This document shows positions 14,901 through 26,850 of a DNA stretch of 64,000 bases, piece by piece. The first letter of the stretch is position 1. Each line of letters begins with the position of its first letter. The DNA lies in contig JAYWIR010000011.1 in NCBI GenBank assembly GCA_036172245.1, positions 310,001 to 374,000 on the forward strand, written 5' to 3'. Under the pieces are notes generated by a model. That model did no database searches. It saw only the letters and a list, made by a program, of their open reading frames with translations, and was not told the origin of the DNA. The DNA is from Raillietiella orientalis. Its lineage: Eukaryota. The translations under genes and the position numbers were made by a program.

Positions 14901-17900
14901 AAATATCGTACAAATTAATATAATTTTTAATACTTCCGAGTAGAAGCTCATTGCCATGATAAACTCTTATTTTGATGGGCATCTCGATTTCAATTTATTT
15001 CAATTCAAAGACCATCTCGATTGAATTTTATCGTAATCGGATCATTTCTGCATTAACTCTGCTTATGAAAAATCCTTTGACAATTTAATATCACAATGAA
15101 ACAACTGCAAATACCTGCATGATGTTTTCATTTCATTAATACAACAAAAAAATTAAGCAACCTAGTCAAGAAGTCTGAACAAGAAATGATACTATAAGTT
15201 CAGGATAAACAGTGAAGCATGCAAGCATCATATCATTTTCATTAACAGTAAACGAAACTATGTTCCTTACCTAAAACCTAAAACTTTTAACTACTCGGTA
15301 TCAAGCTATTTAATAAGTTACCAATCCATTGAGAGATTACATTCACTGTAAACAAAGAACCTGAAGTGCACCACCTAAAAATATGCTGAACAATACAAAC
15401 CCATGAAATTAGAAAAATGGAGTTCAAGTCTTTAACTGAAAAAGCTGAATAAGAAGTAATGACACATACAACAAATTGCCATGGTAATTACACCCAAATG
15501 GATTTACTTTCAATCACCTTTCAGAAGCCTTTTTGAGAGGAAAGCATTTCTTGGATTTCAATTGAGCAAAATAAAAGTTCAAGGCTAGGTGAAACAACAG
15601 TGAAGGGCAAAAACTAAACACTAATTTTTGGCTTGAACATCCATGAATTTTAAAAGTCTGTAGGAAAAATTTCCAAAGCTGTTCCACATGGATTCTGGCA
15701 CAAGACACATGTTAAAAAATACCGAAATCAGTTACTCTTCCTTTTGGAAATTTTTTTCAGCAGTAAATGCATGGTCTACTTTCACTGAAAACGGCAATTT
15801 GCAACCATATATCCATCTGTTAAATGTGCTCAAAGATGCGGTTTTTCTGTTCATTTTGCCTCACTCTATCAACAATTTTTATAACTGAATCCCAGATTGC
15901 AGCTCCTAGAAATAACGATCCCAATTCTCATCTTTATTATATTTTTTTCTTTATTTCACTCAAAATCTGCATATTATCACTTCTATTGAGTTGCCTGTGT
16001 AATGAATAAACTGTTATTCAAGTATTGATTTCTTTTCTCATTTATTTTCTCAAATTCCATCGCTTTTAGATTTTAAATATATTTAGGTTTAGTATTTCTT
16101 GTCCCCAAAACACTTTGGAGATTGATTAAAATTAAGATCTTCATAAATCTTTGTAATTTGCAAACAAAAAAAAAGGGACGGAGGCAACACAAATACTAGC
16201 GACTGGGACATATGATCAGAATTTTTTGTTATATGCCACTAATTGATTTAAAACACAAATAGGCATGGAAAATTTCCAATGAATTCATTCGCATCAATTA
16301 TCAAAATCCTTTGTTGTACATCTGTTTTCAAGCTGTCAATGCCATCAATTCATATGAACAAAAACATCGTTTTACAGCTTAATATTCAAATCCAAATAGA
16401 AATAACAAATATATATAAAATTTCATAGTCTAGAAATAAAATCTCAAGGCTAATTGTATGAATTTAAATGACAATACAATGAAATCACGGATATTCAAAT
16501 TTTTGGAACTTACCTATTTAATTCTTTTACGCCAAATACTTTTTCATAATATCGTTTTTTATATCCTCTGAAGACTGCATCCTCATATGAGTGATCAGGA
16601 GAGTCATCTATTATACACAACATATTCTCCATTAATATTTCACAAACTTCATTGATCTCCTCCTCAATTGTCTATGATGAAATTGAACAATTATGATATC
16701 AATTATAAATTTTTACAGTGCTACTGCAAAACTAACCTCAAAATTACCAAGGTTTTCATCGCATTTCTCTTCAGAGTCACTTACGTTAAAAAATTCATTA
16801 TTACTAACATCATATTCCATGTCATCACCTCTTTTCTGTAATATACATACAAACCCATTAGATCAAAAATGTAATATCAGAATGATACCAGGCAATGTTA
16901 AATATGCAAATTTTGTTCTTAAGATGATTGGCGAAAATCAAAAATTGAAGAATAATAGTAAGGAACTTTATAGACATTACCTTGAAGGAAGATCCGGTTT
17001 TACTATTCCAATACTGCAGATTAATCATAAGCTCATCTTCTATCACATGTGACAAATTTGCAAGAAATTGCTCAAATCTTTGCAAATGGAGATGCCCTTT
17101 GATATTGAGGTAGCCTTGATTATGAAAAACACAAAAACATGAATTTATGGTTACCCTAATTAACTCTTATGGATAAAATCATACTTCTGTATTATACTAG
17201 CAATACAAATCAAAATGATAGTTGAAATTATCATTCAAACTAGCGGGTTTTAAACAAAAGTTACTGATTGTAGTGTCACAAATAGAGGAAGGAATAATAA
17301 TAAGAGTTTTTATTATTGGATTTGACTATTTCCTTCTGTGTCAATACCAACTCATAGATTAATCGGTTTTTAGTATTCTACTTGAAATATTGCAGCTATA
17401 AAAATGATTCCCTCACATCAAATCATGATGTGTGAAAATATGTACTACTGCACCTTGAAGAGTAATGTGAACTATAACGATTCTTATTTTCTAAGACTCA
17501 GTCTATGCCTTCTCCATGTGAATAGCTTCCCATAAAACATATGACACTCCACACCACCATGTACTTACATAGTGCTCTAAAGTGTAATGATTTTGTGCTG
17601 TAATGAACATTCTCATGCATCTTAAAGTCTTTTATAATAACCTAGTATCCTGTTCCTCGACTTTTTTATTCAAGAACTACAAATGAATGATCATTTTCTA
17701 CTTGCTACTTGCATATTCTAGAAATGAGTTTAAAAGCACCCCAAATTATATTTTTTGAATTTTAAACTAATGATAATTTGTAAATTCATCACATTATACT
17801 TTTCCATTAAACAATGTTTTCTAGAACAAAATTATTAATTTCTTTTGACTTATTTAGAAACGTATTCCCACATTCACATCACAGACTTTTTTTTTCTCCA

Positions 17901-20900
17901 AAAATGATACAAATAATTATTCTGCATTAGAATTTTTATGCATTTGGTCACAAACACAGAACAAGGAAAATCAACTGTGAACCCAGATGCAATTAGAAAA
18001 CTTCTAATTAGGCTGTTTCGTAAATATGCACGAAACTACACACAAAATTATGAAAATAGGATCTGAAATTAAGTAATTTACAATTTCCAAAATCCACTTT
18101 CTTCTTAGATGACAATCTATATTGCAGCACAGTAATTCCAAAAAGGTGTTCTCCTGATCACTACAACTCCAATTTATAAAACTTAATAATCTCTTCAGAT
18201 CACTGTTTCTAAAATAAATTGATTTTCACTTTTTGTGAAATTTTTCATAAAGCAAATAAATGAACACCAGTCAACTAAGGCTACACCAGATCATTTGGAT
18301 CAAGTGATGCATGAACAAGTTGATATTTAAGCCATTTTTAATTTCTCGAAGTAATTGTATGAGAGACAAATATTTTATGTGCACGTACACATTAGTTCCT
18401 CAAAGAATAGACACAAAAACTAGGAAGTTTAATTGCCAGGGGCAGATGTTTGTGTAGTACTAAAGTGATAAGAATACATTTTGCCATTTTACGCTATGGA
18501 TACATGGATACAAATATAGTTACATGAATTTTCAATGAACACAACAGCATGATGCAAAGTACTTGGTATTGTGGAATGTCATATGTTTTATGGGAAACTA
18601 TTCACATGGAAAAGGCATAGATTGATTCTTACAGAGAAAATAAGAATGGTTACAGTTCACATTGATCTTCAAGGGCTCAGCAGTACATAATTTCACACAT
18701 CATGTTCTGAGAATAGGTGTTGAGAATAACTGTTCTGAGAATAACTGTTTTCCCAAAAACTTCTTATGTAAAGCATCTGACTTCATGAATGCATGCATGC
18801 TAGAAAATTGCAACTACTTAACGAGAACATTGTTACAGGCTCATGTTTATCATTTACTTGATGTATTAGTGTCTTGGTCTAATGAAAAATATCAAACTTC
18901 AGGTTCAAGAATTCAATTTTGTGCAAGCATTAAAATTTAACTGTGAAGCAAGAATAAATTTTAGTAAAATGAGATTAAACAGTCACTTAAATTCATTTCT
19001 CCTACACGAGTTTTTGACATTTTTCTTGAAAGTTTTTATTGTGGATTTGGGTCATAAAACGGTTTACAAGTTAGATCTTAAAAACAAATTCTTTTTTGTC
19101 AAGAATTTACAAAGTGCATTTTTTTTAAGAAAAAAAAAAGGAACTTTAAGGTCATACAGTTGTTGAAAGATACATTTTTTTAACTCAAAAATGAAAAAGT
19201 TCCACAGATAAAGGCGTTTACCACCGAGTTTCAGTTGGATTAATGACAAATTTATACAACGTGTTGTTTATAATGACAGCAAATAATCTACTAGGTGCAC
19301 TACACAAATACTTAATTTTTAAGGTCATCTGATTTTAAAACTTTACAGGAAAGCCAAAGATTGTTGTTTAGTACAATCACATGTTTTACTAAATCATGTA
19401 GAACCTTACCACTGAGCTGCGGTAAAGTTTCAATATACACTTTGTACAAAAGTGGCAAAGCATTATCCAAAATCTCCAAATTTGGCAAACAAGGAATGAA
19501 ATCATTTCCAACCAGAAATACCAGTAAAATCTAGATCAAACAGATTTATTTTTTTAAAGTCTGGACTTAAGGAAAGAAATGATTTACCCAATCATCTATG
19601 ATACTTTGAAGATCAAATTTCACTGCTGGATTTTCTTTAAGGCACTGAAATTCGTACTCAATATATTCCTTGAGAAGAGATATGTGAAAATAATTAAACT
19701 TAACATCTAGTAAATGTCTTTTTTTTGCATATGAGTAATGTATCCCCTAAGATCAAATCACATACATTAGCAACTTATGAAACCACAAACATACCCGTTC
19801 CCTGAGAAGGGAAAAATGATTCTCTAGGGTACAAAGACTTAATAAAATCAAATCAGCATCTGCACCATAGAGGCAATGCCGAGTATTCTGGTCATAATTA
19901 GGTCTAGTTCTCTCATAACGTATAAACTCCATAATCTTGTGTTCTCCTTCTCCTGGAAACTAAATAATGGGAAGCAATTTCAAATTGTAAATAATTCTTG
20001 CACACATGCAAAACCAATACTTATTTACACATAATATTTATATCCAAAACATACCTGATGACCTGACAAATACACTTTGATATTTCGCCAAGTAATGTCT
20101 GTAGTAATCTTCATACGAAGAAAATACTGCAGTTGTTCCTGCAAAGAGTACATGAATTCTGTCCCTGGACTTATACAATTTGAGTCAAATATTTCGATGT
20201 TTGATGGACAATCTCCAGTAACCTCCAACTCTTTGAGGTGCTTTTCAGTTTCTTCTGCAGTGCGAAATCTTCATTATTGCATCATATTTAAAAGTTTTAC
20301 TTCATTACTACGCTATATCATTACCGTCTTCCTCTTTGTTGGTTCATCTTTGCTCTAGGTGCAACACCATCTACAGCAATGAAAAACACCTTTTGGGGTT
20401 TGATTAACTGATACAGCATCTGAAATAAAATTGATCATGAAGTAATGCTGCAGTAATACAGACTAAAAAATTGATGTAATCAATAAATGTATTGATGTCA
20501 TAAATCTTCCTATAAAGAGAGAATTTCATCGTAGAATCAATGAAATTCTTTCAAGATAGATTAAAAAGCATTCCATCAGCGTTTTCATTTGGAATACCAA
20601 ATTGAGTCAATCACAAAATTCATATGTACTTGAAAAAACACTGGAAAAACAAAATACATTAAATCGATTAGCAGAACAGTCAACTACTTCAAGGCTACAC
20701 CAGGTCACTCAGGATCAAGTAATGCATGAATATTCTCTATGAACTGAAAACAGAGACCAAGTTTCTTAAGGACTGATGTAAATACTCAAAGTTGTAAACT
20801 ACAAAGCACACTTTATAAAACTCAATGAAAACAACAATTCAGAGTTCAGAAAGCACTATTTGTTGCATTGCATCTGTTTTTCCGAACTTTAGTCTTTTAC

Positions 20901-22203
20901 ATCTGAGGAACTTTCCACAATGTCACTAAATTAATGATTTTAAACCTAAGCTAACAGATAATAATCTGCATAACTTGATTGGATGTTCATCCTGATTCCA
21001 ATGATTTTGCAAGAAAATACAGAAGTGCTGCTTTTAGTTTTCATATTCAATGGTATAAAAGCAAATCAGTATCAGAAGCACAAGAACACAATTTAGTCAG
21101 CATAGATCACAAAGCATACTGCAGATATCTTTCTGCATTTACATTTACAAACAACATTTAAAATGACTGCATCTTTACATAATGCTAATAAATCTTTCAA
21201 CTTGCATTAAGTGCAGTTCTTGCCTAAGTTCTAACTAGTTCTAACAAGTTTTAACTTGAGATAACTCTCAACTTGAATAAAGCTCCTAATTTTGGGAACA
21301 TTTTTATTTGTTCAATTTTAGTAATTTTGACAAATTGTATGTTTAGTTTTTCTATTAATCTTCGTCAATGAGGGCTAACGGGGGCTAGGGGTTATTAATT
21401 AGGGTTTAGGGGTTTTCAATTCGTGAATTTTCTCTGAGGAAAAATGGATTGAAATTCAAATGTATTCAATTGTACTGTGTAGCACAACCTCGTATTACAC
21501 AGGAGTCCAAATATTCAGTCCATTCACATTTGACCAGACAATTTCTTAAAACAAGAATAAAGGATCTGATCATTCTTCTTGAAAAATTCATATAATTTCA
21601 ATTTATAAATCAGGCATTGGGCAAAATAAAGATCAACTCATAATACAGAGATAGATGCACACATACAGTTTCATAATTTCAACTCACATCAATGTATTTG
21701 AAGATGCTAATAAACATTTCCTCTTCAAGAGGAGGTTTGTTAAGATCCAATCTTTCACCATGTGTACACTCATGAATGATCCCATTTGCATCGAGGTAAA
21801 AGTTATCAAATTCATAAACCTAAAATGAAATATGTCTGTAGACGCATATATAGATCTTGTCATATAACACTATTATCTACTGTTTAAACCTTGTTGGACT
21901 TAAACCAATGATTTGAGAAAATAAATGAATTTTTTTTTCAAAATTTAATAAATTGAACATATAAAGTTGAAACAAATAATATACGTTATTATAACGTGGG
22001 GAAATTTACAATGAATAAAAAAAAAAGAAAAGGAAAAGACATTAACTTGACGTGTTACGAGGTTTGCAGCATAATTCGTAATCATAGTTTCGTGGTCGGT
22101 CTGGTTATCAGAAAACAATGCTAATTACCTGATTTTGGTTTAAGATTTCATTTACACATGGATATCGTTCACTTAGAAATTTATAAAATCTTGGAATGCC
22201 CAT
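4643..22203 (-). CDS. XRN1: 5'-3' exoribonuclease 1 (XRN1/pacman), multi-exon, about 1230 aa predicted
   Basis: Phase-consistent GT-AG exons (5'->3'): 22203-22129 ([15 protein letters not shown]), 21819-21688 ([13 protein letters not shown]), 20419-20325 ([18 protein letters not shown]), 20268-20055 ([13 protein letters not shown]), 19959-19795 ([23 protein letters not shown]), 19746-19588, 19530-19410 (VGNDFIP), 17114-16981, 16835-16737, 16671-16514, 14270-14052 ([29 protein letters not shown]), 13993-13846, 13591-13310, 13258-13080 (VNWPHLVEA), 11936-11802, 10001-9719, 9350-9233, 6722-6565 (LDLKFNK), 6477-6311, 6054-5859, 5709-5601 ([17 protein letters not shown]), 5554-5402 (EVLFD, LINIS). 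Tentative terminal exons: 5038-4912, 4759-4709, 4667-4643. The C-terminal SH3-like and other XRN1-specific segments distinguish it from XRN2. Confidence 0.97.
12297..12319. repeat. (TG)n microsatellite in an XRN1 intron; a second (TG)n tract lies at about 39994-40024
   Basis: Dinucleotide run visible directly in the sequence. Confidence 0.9.
17424..18704. repeat. About 145-bp diverged inverted repeat pair (17424-17565 and 18558-18704) in XRN1 intron 7; MITE-like
   Basis: The reverse complement of 18558-18704 aligns end to end with 17424-17565 (CATGATGTGTGAAA...CCCATAAAACATATGACA...GTACT), with scattered mismatches. Confidence 0.85.
18269..20730 (+). repeat. Short dispersed repeat, two copies (18269-18315 and 20678-20730) in different XRN1 introns
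   Basis: AGTCAACTA...AGGCTACACCAG...GGATCAAGT(G/A)ATGCATGAA occurs at both sites. Confidence 0.75.
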
Positions 22204-22640
22204 TTTTCAAAATAAGCTTCTAATTCAGAAATCGGCAAAATCTCCCAAACATGGCACAGTTCCCAAAACAAGATATACTAATTCTCAACTATAATTCTCG
22301 TAAAACACATAAAGATTAAACTGCATGACTTGCTGAGAACTCAGAATTATCTTTGCACTGGAGACATGGTCACAATGCTTAGATTCAGCGACCTGGAACG
22401 AATTAACGCTACGATAATTTATCCATGCATTTTTACGGAATACACATTAATAAACACTTGAATTTTTTGCGAATGGACGAGATGCAGTCGCAATCAGGGG
22501 TGCTGCTCTTCTGTTTCCGTTTTTTAAAATAATCCCGTGAATACTCAATAAAATTTCTGTCCGTTGTTTACTCAGCGCTTCCTTCGTTGTCGGCAAAATT
22601 GTGGTTGTGTGAAACGTGACACGCGCAACTGTCACGTAAA
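22204..22640. promoter_or_regulatory. XRN1 promoter region, possibly bidirectional
   Basis: Lies immediately upstream of the XRN1 ATG and is locally richer in CpG than the gene body. Contains the inverted repeat ACGTGACA-N8-TGTCACGT at 22614-22637, just before a divergent aaaATG at 22641. Confidence 0.5.
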
Positions 22641-23712
22641 ATGTCAATAGAAGGAAACTTTGAACAGGAAGGACAACGACAGTTTTTGGTAAAGTAAGCA
22701 TTGTTTAGTACCATACGCAGGACGTAGAATGTGACTACTCCTGTACGGATTCCGGGCACCATTTAAAAGTTTTGAAACGTAACTTTCAACTAGGAGCATA
22801 ATGTAGATTCTGCAAACAATGCAGTGAACATAGAAGTCGATGCAATTTTTCCGAAAATTACGAATGAAAATCCCTTAAAACGAATGAACCGTTCTTCCAA
22901 TTTGGCAAAAACATCTGCAGAATTTGCAATCATGAACAAATGATTTATATGCTTGATAAATTCGCATTATGTGAAAACAACCACTAGATGTGCATACAAA
23001 AGAACTGACTAACTCTGCTTTATGCGAGGATTATTTTCAATGTGCTGTTGTAAACCCATATTCCCAGCATACGTGGATATTCGAAAAGCATAAAAAGAAA
23101 ACTTCCGATCTGGTTACTCCGGGACTTAAAGGAGAGGAAAACATGGTGAAGAATGAGGAAATAATTTGACTTCTTATTGTTGTATTCCTGCAGAGCACAT
23201 TGCATTTTGAATTTTAATACATCTTAGGACAAATGCAAGATTGTCTGATGGGTAATGTATGCCCACTTAAAGGATTGTGTGATATTTGTTGTGAGTAGCT
23301 AACAAGAGAGACAGGTAGGGGGTCATTTCCATATTGAGAGATACAATTTCTAGTAAACCAAAACGTCGCACCAAATAGTTAATTGAATAAGTAGTGGACC
23401 CTAAGTGATTGCTTTTCTCATCTCTGGGTGCAATTTGATATAAAGTAGTTGTTGATAACAACGCTGTGATCCTGACTGATTCCGACATTTCCATTTCAGA
23501 GAAGTATGTTTTTTTTCTTCTCTTTACCACGATCTCTATGATCCACTATTCCTTAAAAAAGTCCTTCCGCTGTAACAAAATCTGAATCAAATTTTCTAAA
23601 TGAAAAACAAACTTGTGCATTATCTACTCCAATGTTAAATACACTGAAGAAATTGTTTCAACAGTCAAAAAAAGTACCTTTTCAGAAGCATCGAAATTAT
23701 GAACAAGACTGA
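22641..23712 (+). CDS. Candidate small spliced gene divergent from XRN1 (contains a Ku-binding-motif-like KRKLPIWL)
   Basis: Exon 22641-22693 (MSIEGNFEQEGQRQFLV, gtaagc donor) joins in phase to 23068-23145 (IRGYSKSIKRKLPIWLLRDLKERKT). Exons 23228-23290, 23446-23503 and 23562-23712 are in phase with each other and end in a stop. The junction between the two groups is unresolved. Confidence 0.3.
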
Positions 23713-25816
23713 GATGAAATGCGCAGCATACTTTAGGTTTTTGAATGTTCTGTTAGAAGAAATTACAGAAAACCTACTCGCATATTAAAAGACCTTGAGG
23801 TAACTCGATGAGAGCTTCCAAAAAAATCCATAACCCGATGGAAGGCTGGACACTGCTGTCCACCATACAGAAGATTCACTCGTGATCTTGATACATATTT
23901 GTGGATCCACAACGAGAATATGGATGGCTGCGAAAAGTGAGCGACCAGCATGACCTCTTTCTTACTGAAGGAAAGCACCGACGAAGGAGCCAGTGATTTC
24001 CATTTGATTTTCCTCAAGCGTGCTTGCCAACCTCTTGGAGACGGACTTCCCGGCGTGCGATGCTCTCTACTCGTGAGTCTCCTGTCTACATGCAGGTTTT
24101 GTGCGAGAAAAAAGAAAAAGAAAAGGTCTGGGGGGAGGTTAACCCTCCAATAGATTTGGGTTTTGTACCCATCCCTCTTGTTCTCCCCCTCTCCACAAAG
24201 GGAAAAAGACCTCGCGACTGACCGCGATCCAGCCTTTTCGAGTTGATGGCGCCTCCTGGACACCATGCCTTTTTCTCCTAGTCCCTGGCGATTGTCCTCC
24301 GGGATCTCTCGAGAGGTTCAACATCTTTCACATTTCCTTTGGTGCAGCGTCTCAGGGGAAAGTGGATGAGAAGACAAGCTCCTTTACTGCCAGGGGCAGC
24401 CTTCCTTTCCCTGCTATATGGAAAGTTACCATCCATGCAAGATGGGGCCTTCTTCCGCGACCAACAAGGAAACTCCACTAGCGGAGGGATCAGAGCTCTT
24501 GACTGGGCTCCCTACTTGGGCCTCGCTCTCCAACTAGGGCGGAGCAAGAAGGAAAGAGGAAGCACGCAGAAGGACGAAGATGTAGAGAGGAGACGAGAAA
24601 GGAAAGACAAGGAGAGGAATGCGAAGAGTACCACGGTCACGTGTCCTATCCCCTTCCCTATGACTGTGGCTTCTCCTGCCTGCTGTAGTAGCGCAGGTGA
24701 TCGAATCTTCTAATTACGAGGCGTTATTTCGAGTCCCCCTCCTTTTTTTTCTTCTTCTTGAGAAAAAAAAAACAAAATTGAGGGGAAGATGGGAGGGAAT
24801 TCAACTTTGTTCTGTCCTCTTCCTTGACTCGAAGCCAAGCGATATGCCCGTCTTAAGATATCCGTTCTGTGAGGATTCCCTCACGGCTCCTGAAGGCGAA
24901 ACAAATCCCTTCAAGGAGGATTCCCTGAGGGAATCCATTCCGTCTCCAGGAGCGACCGCACCCGGCATTATAGTTTCCAGAGACTCGTCGCTTGGTCACT
25001 GTCCCTCCGTGGTGTCTCTTCCGAGTGCTTGCGCGACCGAGCAAACGCGGAGGTTTGCTCTAGAAAGACGAGGAACGAGAGCAAACGCCCAGCACTGTTC
25101 GGCACCTGCGTCCGCAGAGATAAGCCACGTTGCCTGGCAATCCTGCAAGGTGCTGCTTTCAGCTGGGCCGATCACATGAGTTGGCGCGTGTTTCATCCTT
25201 CACCTCGTGTCCATCCAGCATAGCGCTTGAGACAGCCAACTCTCAGTGATGCCGCAGATCCCCAGACAAAGGCCTCTTTTTCTCAAGTGTTTTGAAGCTC
25301 TTGTGCCTGATCCGTGAGGTAGCGCTGCTCGAGATGCCCCCTCTGCCTTCCCAGCTAGCATCACCACCTGCACTGATGCTGCTGCTGTTGCTGATGCGCA
25401 TGCCCTTTTTCTTGTCTTTTTGCTCTGCCACTCTCACGGAGCATGCGCGTCTTGTGACCAGGAGAAGCCGAGAGAAAGCGCGCGCCTGCTGCTAGGTCCT
25501 CCGCCAAGTCTCACCGAAGAAAGGATGCCGATTCCTGTTCCTCCTCTCCCCCCTTCACGGCAAGGAGGGAGGATTGAGGTCGGCGAAAGAGAAGAAGCAG
25601 GGAACGACGGTCTCCGTAGCAACCTCGCTCACCCGTCCGTATTCCGCGAGCTAGGAAAACAGCTACCCAGATTGCCGGTAGATGGTGGTGAATGCACAAG
25701 AAGGTGTGCGAGCTCCACCTGCGCTCTTCTCCTGGTTAGAATTTTTCCTGAGTTCGCGAGAACTTCCCGCTCGAATCCATTGTGAGCCCGCCTGCCTCAG
25801 GTGCGTTGGCCTTCCT

Positions 25817-26073
25817 CGCCGCTGCAGGGAGAAGGGGAAGCAGGGACGGGGATACTGGGCAGGGACACCCCTTCCCAAGTGGCCCGGTGGGAGCGTGGCG
25901 TTCCGGTCTCCTCCACTCCAGACCCCTGAGGAGAGCACGTTTTCCCCTCCCGCGGACCCTCTGCTCTGCACCTCGGAGGATCCGCACCGGAGGGCGGGAT
26001 CTCGTCGGGCCCGAGACCTCCCTTGGCGCACAGTCGCGTGACCGCCTCTTGGAGGCGCAGATGGACGCCTCCC
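25817..26073 (+). repeat. About 260-bp GC-rich repeat, copy 1 (inverted relative to 29653-29921)
   Basis: Shared blocks include CCCAAGTGGCCCGGTGGGAGCGT, CTCCTCCACTCCA, CCCGAGACCTCCCTTGGCGC and CAGTCGCGTGACCGC. Confidence 0.9.
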
Positions 26074-26850
26074 TAGCGAGCCCTTCAGCGGCATTTCTCC
26101 GAGCAGGGCAGTTTCTTCCCCCTCTTCCCCTTCCCTCATCCCCCTGTCCTCTGATCTCTCTGCGCCTCGCCGGGGCTCCTGCAGGAGCTCCAGGGAAGAA
26201 GACCTTCCCCTCTCTCGTGGTCGGCGACACTTTGACGCATTGGCCTTCCGTAGTCGCCGCTGCCCCTCGGAAGGCTCCAGAGTTTCCTCTTCGCCCTCCC
26301 AGTGCCCCCTCTCGTTCTTCCACGCTTTCCCTCTTCCCGTCGCAGGGCTCGGCCGCGCGGTTAGCTCCGCGCCGCCTCCCGGTCGGGAGAAGGGAGATGT
26401 GCGCTTCCTTCCCCGGCCGGAAGCTACTGCGCCTCCGTCGAGGACTCCCCGCTGCCCTCTATTTGGCAGCAGGCACGCTGCTGCCTCTAGTGCACTCTCC
26501 TCCTCCTCCTCCTTCCGACGTGCTTGCGGGAGGGAGGGCAAGAGGAGAGGGAGGTTTCGCCTGGGAATCGTGCACGGTCCCCCTCGGAGGAACGAATGCA
26601 GAAGCGGGAAAGATGTAACGGAAACCTCCTTCACCTCAAGTCCCCCCTCCTTTCCAACCGGGCAGAGTGAGGGAGACGTGCGCCTTCACCCCACCCTACA
26701 GGTGCAAACCATTCAGTTATCCCACTTGCATCCGAAAGACTTCCGTTTTGAGGAGGTATTCGGTATCCGGGGGGAAACTCGGCGACCTCTGGGAAAGCGC
26801 GAGAGGTCACGGAAACTGAAAACGGCCACCCTCCCCCGTTCCTACTGGGG

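Noticed and set aside
21370..21416. Telomeric repeat (TTAGGG-like)
   Set aside because: Only a few degenerate units inside an intron; not an array.
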